Source of the DNA: Tubiluchus corallicola
Lineage: Eukaryota > Animalia > Priapulida
Assembly (NCBI GenBank): GCA_030141605.1
Contig: JAQGDQ010000037.1
Span: 930,001-994,000, forward strand
DNA: 64,000 bases
Reading direction: 5' to 3'
This document shows, piece by piece, positions 52,666 through 64,000 of this stretch (position 1 is the stretch's first letter; every line of letters begins with the position of its first letter). Under the pieces are notes generated by a model, which saw only the letters and a list, made by a program, of their open reading frames with translations, was not told the DNA's origin and searched no databases. A program made the position numbers and the translations under genes.

Positions 52666-54219
52666 TTAATCTATTACCTTTGCAGCAATTTAAGTATTTC
52701 AGATTTCTAAGGATGTAAATTAGATTTTAGATTCTCAAAAACATCCTCACTACAAAGATATAAAATCCGCCAAATACTTTTCTGCTTTATTTGGTACATA
52801 TTGTACTTTCATCATAAAACTTAGATAAACTCATACCACAATGCGCGATATGATCATTGATTCTTACAGAATTAATTTAGCTCACCCTTGGATGACAGAC
52901 TGAATGACAATAGAGCAAGAGAACCATCTGATGGACAAAATGCTTTTTTGCTACATGGCAATCCTGTGCGCCTGTCGGATTATAAATTATATTAATCTCT
53001 ACTAATGTAGCGCACGCGGACAATTTAAACACAAACGCATTGATTGTGGCGGGAAAACTGTTTGAATTTGTCGATTATCCTGGCCCAAACAGCTTTGGGC
53101 GGCACCTATAACACTGCTAAAATTCTAGGTGCCATTGCTTCAGCACATTTGCTAATGTTGGTCAGAGGCCGATGCAGGCCGTATCCAGTATACGTGCAAT
53201 TAGCCGTTAATAGAGCACATTCTTGTGTCTATAGTATTTTCTTACACACTCACGGAAATGGCAATCCATCAAATGCCGATAACATTGCCGCAGCATTTAT
53301 GCATGAAATTGCGTGGTCCGTATAATCAATTAGTGGTGCTAGATGGTAAGACTCAGATAGAGAGCTTCATCAAGACATTGCACAGTAATAGTGTTTAATG
53401 CTGAACTAAATCGCCCCGCCAATAACTTTATTTAATTATTATTGTGCCACAAAATACGGCAAATCTGAATGACAAATCAGCATAAGCGGCAAGTCTGACT
53501 TGCAGAAAATGACATGACTGTGACACTTTCAACACTTAAAATACTTTTCAAGTTTCTGCAAAAATGCATGGTAACATATTTATTATGGGTTTGTCCTAAT
53601 GATGTTGTGTTCCGACTAGGCAAATGCGCGCTTCAAGAATTAAATAGCATTCACGTTAACTAAAATTCATACTCACTGTTATTATAAAGACATTTATTAT
53701 CTTTATGAATGGACACTATACATTACAGGACCATATATACATCTTAAATTACTTCGCCTATGATTCTTACTTCTAAATTGCCAAGCCTAACAACATGAGA
53801 TTTTTTTCATTGATTGGCGTAATATAAAACAGTTTTATTAACCACAAACACTCACCAATAAACAATTTTGATAAGAGAAAGGCCGTTACCCCAGACATCT
53901 TCGATGAAATTCTCGTTGGATCGATTTGGCTCTTGCAAGTTTCCGTAGTTCTACGAGAGTTTTCATGGCGAGAGTCATTACTCATTAGTTGGGTATCCTG
54001 GCGTCGCATATCTGTGGTGTACTAATGCACAGACTGTCAATTTGCAGCTAAAGCGTCATATCTTTTCTTTCGGTTGTTATGCTCTCGTTTTTGCGTATAA
54101 GTAGCCGACGGCCTTTGAGAACTTTTTGTTGATCAGTTTCAACGTCTAACAGGAAAAGTCGGATCTGGTGTATGAAAGAAGTCAAAATAGCTTCCTATTA
54201 CCCAACACTTATGTATATA

Positions 54220-54570
54220 TTATAAAGAAGCAGCTACTGAAGACGAGCAGCACTTCTTAATGAATTGTGAAAAATACAAAATGAATAGAGAAAAAGTTTT
54301 AAATGATATTTCAAGCATATGTCCTGACTTTACAACTATGAGCAATGAAGATATTTACCGAATTTGTTTTTGGTAGGAAGTTCTACAAATAGGAATAACC
54401 TATAATACTGATTTTGTTATAAATTTTAGAGTGTTGTATGTACATGTATAATTGGGTTTATGGCAGACATCAGGGTTTATTTTTTATGTTTCGTAATGTG
54501 TTATGTACAGTCTCGTACTTATATTTGTTATTCTTTGGTATTTTGTGTATTATAAATTATTTTATTAAAC
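54220..54570 (+). mobile_element. LINE 3' end fragment
   Basis: TEDEQHFLMNCEKYKMNR matches the EDExHFLxxCxxY C-terminal LINE motif and is followed by a T-rich 3' UTR. Confidence 0.65.
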
Positions 54571-55040
54571 ACAGAGAAATGTTAACGAAAAGCCGTTGCA
54601 GTAGCAGATGGCTCTTATACAGTTTTGTTATTACACAGTAATAACAGCGTAATGTAATTTTGATTATAGGTTCAAATAGGAAATCCATTTAGATTTCAAA
54701 GGAATTCTGTTGCTGAAATAGCACCTATTGACATTTTTTCAAAAGTAAATGCGCAGCGAAAGAAAGAATGAAAGAACGAAAGAATAACGAATGAATGAAT
54801 GAATAATATATAAAACCAATGATTATGCAAAATAATGAATAAATGACTCTTTCATTTGAACAAACGAGCGAAAAAACGAAGGAACGAACGAACGCATGAA
54901 CGAACTAACGAATGAACGAACGAACGAATGAAATAATAGCAAAGTAAAAGAATTAAATGTATAATGACACTATAATTTTATGATAGATTTGTAAATTGTA
55001 GTTTTAGATTAGAGCTTATTATCATTAGTTTTCATTCCAG

Positions 55041-55137
55041 ATGGAAGAAATCATTGAAAAAATGCAAGAAGACGTGACAGGTGTTCCGGTACGAACTGTC
55101 AAATCATTTATGACAAAAATACCAAGCGTTTTCACAG
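55041..55137 (+). CDS. RGS7: RGS6/7-like, second coding exon (start of DEP domain)
   Basis: ttttcattccag|ATG...ACAG|gtaagc; 97 nt; [32 protein letters not shown](G), cf. RGS7 [33 protein letters not shown]. Confidence 0.95.
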
Positions 55138-55749
55138 GTAAGCAGTTTTTTAACGACCATCTCAAATATTTGTAATCAGAGAAGTTAAACGTTAATAAAA
55201 ACCGTTTTATGCTTCCCCCGTATAAGTATTAAAATAATTGGGATGACGTGTACTATGAAATGTTAATAATTCAGTACATAAAAGAAGACTGCCTGTACAT
55301 TTACTGCTGCTACTGTTGGGAATTTGTGAAAATAATCTTGCATGCAAGCAGACGTTGCAGGTTTATGGCAAACGTTATACAGCCATACAATAAAGTGGTT
55401 TATTTATTTACGTGCATGCTTGGTGTATTTTGTTGATTAATGCACCTTGCATGTACGAGAATAACACTACGTAAACAATAGCAGTAGTCAAACGGGCTTC
55501 ACGCATGTACAGTGGTTTAACAACTAGGTAGCATGAAAACCTAGTCTGCACATCCGTGCAAATGCAATTAGGGCTTTATAGCGCCAGGGGCGGTGGTATG
55601 TGCAGTTGGAGTAACTCAGTTTTCGACGTATATGCATGTATTAGTCTAAGTATCTATCTAACCGAAATAGAAACAGATGATAATAATTTTATTGAAATTA
55701 TTATCATTGGCGTTAACCGAGGCCATCAGGCCGAAATCATGATTTTAAG

Positions 55750-55975
<226 letters not shown>

Positions 55976-57819
55976 AAATAAATAAAAGGTTTATTTTCAT
56001 ACAATTGCATGAAACTGAATACATTGCATTTACAATAAAAAGACATTCAAAAACAGTAGCTGTAAGCAATAAAATGATGAAAAAATACAAAAAAATACGC
56101 TAAGATCACGAACAGTGCGATACTAATACAACCGAACTGTTAAAGAATACGCATTATAACAATAAGCAATTATTAAAAAAATCAAATGAAAAATTAAAAT
56201 AATCTACCTATTTGCCAAGATCATGTATTGCCATTTAAAAGTCTTTTCATATAGGATACAGGTGAATAAAACTTGTTGAGATTCTATAGATTCTATATGT
56301 TTCTATGCTTTGTGATTTTTTAAATTTTATAAATCTATAGTGTAAGATATTGTGTCGACTTTAGTTCATGTCTTTGTTTGGCTTGATGATTTTATTAATC
56401 GGATGGAACTATACCATTTCCATAGGTTGCCGAAATATCGGCATCTGCAAAAAGAAATTTTAGTTTAATTTAGTTTAGTTTAATACTTAATCTTTATTAT
56501 CAAAAAATATTAAAATATTTACAAGAAAGTATAAGATATTAAACCATGATAAAACGTATATACACCACAAATATAAATTTTGCAGATAAAAGTGGCTAGT
56601 TGAAAGATTACGGATAAAGGCACAAAAAGCCAAGGCTATTTACATTATACCTGTTAAAAGATAAATAGTTATAAAGATTTACATCTTTGAAACGTTTTTT
56701 TAAAAAGTTTGCTACTTTGAGCACATACCAAAGGACCACCGCTGACAGACTCAATATTATTACAATGAGAAATTTCAATACAATAAAAAGTACAATATTT
56801 TTTATTACAGTGAAAAACCAAGCTACAGTAATCACTTTTTTCTAAGCATATAAGCAGTTGCGAGCCATCAGCCATCAGCATAAGCATATATAGACTTAAT
56901 ATAATAATAATAACAGTTAAAAAGCGCGTTAAAGATATAAGGACATTTTGCACTCCCCAGCATAATTATGTGCAATTATACGAGATTAGCTTCTTACCCT
57001 AACGATTGCTTTTCATGATTGCAATGCTGCCTGAGTGTTGTAAAGAAAAATAATGGTGTAAATTACAGATTAGAATCTCTTAGTTGCCCTCGGTGATGCA
57101 TTTACAAGCGAATAACGGCTTAACTCTGTAAACCGGTTAAATTTGCCCGGGCTATTACAATTTAACGGTTAGTAATCTCTACTGGCCGGGAGTTGAAAGT
57201 GAAAAATGGTGAAGTAATAACTATAATTTTCCTCTGGACTAGCACTCATTCATCATAAATTTGTCAGGCTCACACGAGGATTTGCAAATTTGAGCCGTGG
57301 TATTTGCAGAGAGTAATACACATACACTCGCCATGAATTGGCTTATTTGAACAGCTTCAGTCAGCAACAGTTACTGGATAATATAGGCACTTTAACTCTC
57401 AACCCCCTTAGAACAATAAATAGTACATTTTAGATGTACTACGATTCATTTATGGATTATCGCAGACAGGAACGATTTATAATTTCACCGATTTCTTACT
57501 TGCTCAATTGCGAAATTATTAATGATACGTACGTTAATGTCTCATACAAAGCATCAATTTTGTAATAAATTTGACAAGCTGCTAGAGCAATACTATAATG
57601 GTCCCTCATGAAATTTAGTGATTATTTTCAAATGCCCGCATTACTCATGCAACAATTAGTTGTATATTGAAGTTGAGTACCGAAGTTTTCTTGTAAACAG
57701 AGTAAACTACTATGGCAGTATATGATTTTGTCCAAACAAATGGTTAAACGATTATTAAAGAAGTTTAGATGGATGTGATATGATTTCAAGTCTGTCGCAA
57801 ATACGCTGTACATGAGGCT

Positions 57820-58357
57820 GTAGGTCAAAGGGCCACCGGACAAATAACCATCCGGGATAAGAGAACACCAGACAAAAGACCAGCTTTACCACTCTAAAAG
57901 TGGTCGAAGGACCACTAGTTAGGCGGTTGGACAAAGAACCATCGGACAAAGGATCGACAGTGGGTGCGCTGACAGTAGCTAAAAGTTGATGGTGCTTGCC
58001 TAATTATCGTGGCGGCGTCGTCTAATTGACATGACATGCTGCTGCTCGCATTTCGGAATTCTAAAAAGAAGACAATAACGAGTTATTTGTTGTCATTGGG
58101 AAATGTTTTAATGTCTGGCTGTTTGTTTCAAGGAAGAATGTTACTCCCTCTCTGTCTGATCTTAATTAGTGTATATCAGTGACAGGTTTTGAAATAATGA
58201 GCCGATCACTGCACTCAAAATTTCATGCAGGTGTGCCATACAGTTGCTCTGCAATATCTGCCGTATCTACCGCTTGAGATTTACCTGGTCTGCTAATTTT
58301 TTTGGAGGTCCTTTGTTCGGTGGTCATTTGACTGGTAGGCCTTTGTCCTTTGACCGT
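57820..58357. mobile_element. MITE with inverted arrays of ~15-bp subrepeats
   Basis: Left end has ggacaaa(g)accacc-like units; right end has the complementary ggtggtc..ttg units; termini ggtcaaagg / cctttgacc. Confidence 0.6.
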
Positions 58358-58979
58358 CCCCCTACAGGAGTCTCTAATTGGTTATTTCTGTAGGTGATAA
58401 CCTTTCCCCCTTTAATAATACTGAAACGAATTCTTAGCCTCAGTAGGTCGAGTTAATCGATCACAAAATTTTACGATATTGTGGACCATGTTTTCAAAAT
58501 CACAAAGGCTATTTTATGCACTTGTAAATTAGGTTTATGGCTAAAGCCTTGCTCTTAAAGAGTTATTTCATAAATTGTTACTATGTATATTCTTTTATGG
58601 CAACTTCCGTAGTGCGACATCACGTGTAGTTTTTATGGCATATGTAGCAGCCTGAAAATTTTTTCAGCATAGAAACCTACACGTTTTTCGCCCAAAAATA
58701 TACAAGTTTGCGCAGGTACAGAACACAGTACGTCAGTAATGCTTTGTAGCGTTTTGCAGAACAAGAAAGTTTGCGTAAATTACATGAAGGTGTTCTTGTG
58801 TATAATTGTTTTTTGTTGTAAAAATTTAATATATCTATACTGCTAGAAAAATTTCGTATAGTTTGTATAGCATATTTTGTGGAAACCGATGTTGCATTTT
58901 TAGGGACAAGGCCACTGCTTCCAGAATGTGTAATGCGCAAACTTGAGAACGGGGCTATTTGAGGCAATTTAAACTTAAT

Positions 58980-59062
58980 ATCATCATCATTATCATCATC
59001 GTCGTCGTCGTCGTCAACAACAGCAACAACAACAACAACGATTATTATTATTATTATTGTTG

Positions 59063-59150
<88 letters not shown>

Positions 59151-59165
59151 TGTTATTATTATTAT
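58980..59165. repeat. Compound trinucleotide microsatellite (ATC/GTC/AAC/ATT)
   Basis: Directly visible. Confidence 0.95.
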
Positions 59166-60099
59166 AAAAACAATTTCATAAGTGCCGAATGTATAACATC
59201 ATTTACAGGCATTTTAGATTAGATTTATTAACATAAAAATCAATGCAAAGATATTCTACAACTACCTATACAAAATTATGATAAAAATACGTTGTTAACA
59301 ATTTACAGTAAAGCCAATAATAGTTATTTAAAAAAAGTCCATGTCTAAAGATTTTTTAAATTTTAATAAGAAAGCGGAGTAACCAAGACTAAAATCTTAA
59401 AATTTCTTCGTGAGAGCAAAACTCAATGCGTTAGATGGCTTGCGTAAGACTTCAAATTATGCTAGACGATCTTTGAAGCCACAACGCGTACCCTGGGATT
59501 CTGCAAAAATGATAGGAATGCTACGACGTGGGAGTCAGAAACTCGATTTACATAATAAAGATTACGCGAAGATGTTGTGCTTCCACATGTCAACTAGTTT
59601 CAGTAAGTCCTGCCATGGACAAATCGTGGTTACTTGGGATTCGAGTTTCAAAATTCTCATTTGTTCTCAATGAATGACTTTATCAGTCGTTCATGGTGAG
59701 TAATTCGCTGTAGTATACTCAGTACACTCATTTATCTTTTGAATGATGGCCAGTATGACGAAAGTAATAGTTTGTACGTAAAACAGCGTATGTGAATCAA
59801 GCTGATTCTATGAATTGTCTAATTTTAAGACCCGCATGCTGTATGCAGGTTCAAGTATTAGTATCAATACCGACCTATATCCATAAATTTTCGGCCTCTC
59901 CTTTATCCTCCAACTCATTACCCACAATGAGTAATAATTGTTAAAAATAAACTGCAATGGTTTATAAACGTTCTGGCAATAACAGTTGTAATTTAATTAA
60001 TTAACGATATCGTTAGTTGCCAGCTAATCTGCGAAAAGTGTTGATACCATAAGCATCCTCTTACTGTTATGAGCATAGGGACTGCTCTATCATATTGAA

Positions 60100-60270
60100 C
60101 TAGTATATCAGCTGGCAGAGCATGGGAGTACTAATCCCAGGTATCGGGTTCAAAGCTTAAAACCCACAATTTTTCAGCGTCTCCTTTCTTTCTCCAACTC
60201 ACTACCCATAATTGTTAAGAATAACCCGCAACGGTTTATGGCAATCACAGTCATAATCTAAATGATTCAA
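60100..60270 (+). mobile_element. tRNA-derived SINE-like element; related copy at ~59820-60000
   Basis: A-box-like tcagctggcagagc and B-box-like gggttcaaa. The body ctccaactcactaccca..aattgttaa is shared with 59880-60000. Other B-box remnants occur at ~35500, ~43890(-) and ~52165. Confidence 0.45.
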
Positions 60271-60312
60271 ATAACAACCCTTTGTGCGTAATTGACGTGA
60301 ATTTTTTTTCAG

Positions 60313-60363
60313 GAACAGATTTAGTAAACTGGATGATGAAAAATCTAGATATAGACGATCAAG
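60313..60363 (+). CDS. RGS7: RGS6/7-like, third coding exon (DEP domain); gene continues beyond the window
   Basis: ttttttttcag|GA ACA GAT...CAA G|gtcagt; 51 nt; (G)TDLVNWMMKNLDIDDQ, cf. RGS7 GSDIVQWLIKNLTIEDP. Phases are compatible with the previous exon. Confidence 0.93.
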
Positions 60364-60439
60364 GTCAGTATTATTGTTTAGCTTATATAATATAATGCAA
60401 TTTAAAACTGCGTAGTGCGTTATATATATTCAGAACAAT

Positions 60440-60800
60440 CTTCTTCTTCCCAGCTTTTCCCTATTCGGGGTCGCCGTTGTGAATGAGTCTTCTCCACGCA
60501 TGTTGTTGACCATCTCTTCATTTATGTCTTCAATTCCCACAAGATCTTCACCGACTCTTCTTTTCAGGTGTCCATACCATCGCAATCTTGCGAGGCTTCC
60601 ACTACTTTTACTGTTCCTCTGATATTATTATTTCTAATTTTATCTCTTCTTGTTATTCCCACCACCCATCTCAACATCCTCAGCTCCACCACACTCATTT
60701 TGTTCTCTTCGGTCTTCTTTAGAGAAGCTGCTTCCAGCCCATAGATTAGAGCGGGTCTGACCACTTCTTTGTGGACCTTCCCTTTAAGTCTCACCGACTC
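60440..60800 (-). mobile_element. 5'-truncated RTE-clade LINE with 18-bp TSD, copy 1
   Basis: LKGKVHKEVVRPALIYG..ELRMLRW..GITRRDKIRN with a (GAA)n tail. TSD atatatattcagaacaat at 60422-60439 and 60801-60818. Confidence 0.9.
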
Positions 60801-61005
60801 ATATATATTCAGAACAATATGATTGTTATATTATAGCGTACAAAATGTGAAACAGAATCGCAGGCTATGAAAATATTCATCATTTTTTAGGTTTTTACTT
60901 CTAGGAAAATTCCCATTTTTGTTTTTTTAGTATCGCTGTCAGAAACAGAATTTTTGCTGAATATTTTGATTACTTGCGTAGTGCGTTATATATATTCAGA
61001 ACAAT

Positions 61006-61370
61006 CTTCTTCTTCCCAGCTTTTCCCTATTCGGGGTCGCCGTTGTGAATGAGTCTTCTCCACGCATTCCTGTTGTTGACCATCACTTCATTTATGTCTT
61101 CAATTCCCACAAGATCTTCACCGACTCTTCTTTTCAGGTGTCCATACCATCGCAATCTTGCGAGGCTTCCACTACTTTTACTGTTCCTCTGATATTATTA
61201 TTTCTAATTTTATCTCTTCTTGTTATTCCCACCATCCATCTCAACATCCTCAGCTCCACCACACTCATTTTCTTCTCTTCGGTCTTCTTTAGAGAAGCTG
61301 CTTTCAGCCCATAGATTAGAGCGGGTCTGACCACTTCTTTGTGGACCTTCCCTTTAAGTCTCACCGACTC
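61006..61370 (-). mobile_element. RTE-clade LINE, copy 2 (part of a tandem duplication)
   Basis: Near-identical to 60440-60800, with the same TSDs and flanks. Confidence 0.9.
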
Positions 61371-63529
61371 ATATATATTCAGAACAATATGATTGTTATA
61401 TTATAGCGTACAAAATGTGAAACAGAATCGCAGGCTATGAAAATATTCATCATTTTTTAGGTTTTTACTTCTAGGAAAATTCCCATTTTTGTTTTTTTAG
61501 TATCGCTGTCAGAAACAGAATTTTTGCTGAATATTTTGATTACTTGTCTAACGATAAGATTTAGCTTATTGTTTTCATGTATTATAATAATGACGTAATA
61601 CGTGTGCAACAAAGTGGACCTCTTTTCAAAAATGTCGTTTTGCAGCATCTAAGAAATTTGGGAGTTTTTATTTTTGCCTGCCTTTATGGTGGGAATCAAA
61701 AGACAGCCTTCAAAAGATTATTATGAACTTATAGATGTGCAACGTATCGTGAAAGCTTTGATCCCAAGCTTAGTAAAAATCACTTTTATGTCATTTGTAT
61801 ACTGAAGTGGCGCAATCTTCCTTGCTCAAAGCGATTTTCTTAGAAGATTTTCGCTGAGATGTCTTATTCGTGACACTCATTAAGAATTGTCATCAACTAG
61901 TTGCGATACTTGTATTTGGATAAGTCTTTTAATCAGTGTAACTCACTCACAGTTTTACACATTCTTGTAGCTAGTAATTACCAAACAGGTTTCTCATTGG
62001 TGTTGAGGCTAGACTAGAGACTAATCACTGTATTCAATGGAAGTAGCAAGCAAATGTCAGAGGTTGACATTGTGAATGTTAGTTTTACAAGATTAGTTAA
62101 ACGTGTTACTGGCCGGCACAGACAAATTGGAATTGTGAAAAATGTGAAAGGTGCAGGAAACAGGCAGTCAGGCAGATAGGCAGGCAGGCAGGCAGGCAGG
62201 CAGGCAAGCCGGCAGGCAGGTAATTGTGGTTTTAAAAGAACAATAACAACAACAGTTGATATTATCACTTTCTACCAACTGCAGCCCCAGCAGGTAAAAG
62301 ACACATTGAAACATCAATAAGAGCAACCATTGCTGTAACTGCAGACCCAGAAGGCAAAAGCAATTTTGATACATTAGCAACAACAACAACAGTAGCAATA
62401 GCAGTAGCAGTGGTAGCAACAGGCAGCAAACAATAGCGGCGACACTCATCGACAACAACGACGACGGCAGAAAGGAGCCATGATGACAATAACACAAGTC
62501 ATTCAACAATGGTAGCCATTGTTAAAAACAATGTCGTTATGTTAGATGTCCTTCTTGTGAAATTTGGCACAAATCACTGCTTACCTCAAAAAAGCGCCAG
62601 TGCAAATAGAACGCGTCACTTTTTGCGCAGTTGCAATTACGAACCTATTCGATGGCGGCAGAGCACTTCTGACAGCCTGTGCCAATAATCAAGCTACAGC
62701 AGATGACCGATTTGTTTAATGGTAGCGAAGCCATAACATTAGCAGTGTCTAATGTAGTACTAATAGTGATTACTGCTATTTTTCATTTGTCGCCACATGC
62801 AGTTATTGTTACATGCACTTATGATTGATGTATTCCTGACCATGGCATAGTTTCAGTTGAGCCTGACAGCACCAATAAGCAATAATAACAGAACAGCAGA
62901 GCAATGCCACAATAATAAAATAGCATCAGATAATCTGATATTGTTTTCAGATTCTTATAAGCAGATTAAATTTTGCGAGTGGGTGAAGGCACAAATGAAA
63001 GGATTTTTTGCCACTGACTTCTCGTAGTTGTAGTAAAATCACTTAACTGTTGAATTAATGTCATTAATGCCATTAATGACGTAAATCAGCCATTTCTGTA
63101 TTTTCTTACTTTTAACTGTGCGAGGAAGTTACAGTTGTAGGGTAGAGAAGGTTTTTGAAACGGCAACGCATAAAAATAATTTGTTTACCACATCATTAGG
63201 AAGTTTTTATGCCTATAAACAGACCCCTTCACATCTTCTTGAGGTAGAAATTCATTGAAACATGTAGTCTAATCCTAACTGCTTAAATAGATAAAGCTGC
63301 TTTAATGCTTAAATTTAATTTACAAGAAAAGTCGTAAACTGCAATTTGTCTTTTACCTAATAAACAGCTGAACACGTTTGTAAATCAATGCTAACTTCTT
63401 ACAGTCTGTCCCACATAGTAAAAAAATCTCTATCAATTCCATTCTATTTTAGTTTCTCAGGCCGAAAACAAGACCTGAGCTCATTACTTACCTATTCACA
63501 ATATAGCTGTGCCATATTTAGGCTTATAA

Positions 63530-64000
63530 TGGAAAACGAGACCCAATCTTAAATTATAGCCCAAAACAATCTGTCAAGGAACGTTTTTTCAAGAATGGCT
63601 AATGCGAAAAAACAGACAAGAATGGCTAATTATCACAAAATAGAAATTTCGCGTTTGCGTGGGTAGTTCTATGCTGTTACATGCATTTCGCCATTCGCTA
63701 GTTAGATGGACACCAGCGCCTGGATCTCGGAAACACAAAAAACAGATGCTGTACCTCTCAGTTCAGACACAGTCCAGTTGGCAGTTCAGTAATGACGTAT
63801 TGCATACGTTCGAGAGCTCATGCGTGAGTCAACGATAAACTTGAAATTTAAACTTCTTAAAATTTGCCGAAACTTCTTAGTGTGACCGAATTTAGTTCAG
63901 TTCATTGTACTTGAATCTTCGCTTTCGCAAACACGTGCAACACGCTCATGGAATGTTTGCGCTGCTGAAAATTATGTTCAGTTTTGATGTCATTACCATT
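63530..64000 (+). mobile_element. Kolobok-like non-autonomous element, copy C (runs off the window)
   Basis: Collinear match to the reverse complement of 31030-31500 (aatcttaaa..aaaacaatct; atgcatttcgccattcgctag; gctttcgcaaacac). Confidence 0.6.

Larger units (their letters stand above)
60409..61546 (+). repeat. ~570-bp tandem duplication
   Basis: 60409-60974 is repeated at 60975-61546. Confidence 0.92.

Overview
AT-rich animal (invertebrate-type) genomic DNA with many microsatellites and TE fragments; no prokaryotic features. Two intact protein-coding loci are supported. The first is a 2-exon minus-strand gene (5815-7256) for a 280-aa secreted, probably GPI-anchored LRR protein. The second is the 5' part of an R7-family RGS gene (RGS6/7, EGL-10-like) on the + strand, with coding exons at 20630-20734, 55041-55137 and 60313-60363 and a 34.3-kb first coding intron. 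The main hidden signal, almost invisible in the ORF track, is two decayed paralogous ankyrin-repeat TRP cation-channel genes antisense to the RGS gene (about 32.5-42.5 kb and about 51.5-59.7 kb). The second appears interleaved with an RGS exon, and the first has its pore/S6 exon split by an L2 insertion with a 7-bp TSD. All protein similarities come from manual translation and remembered family motifs; no database search was run.
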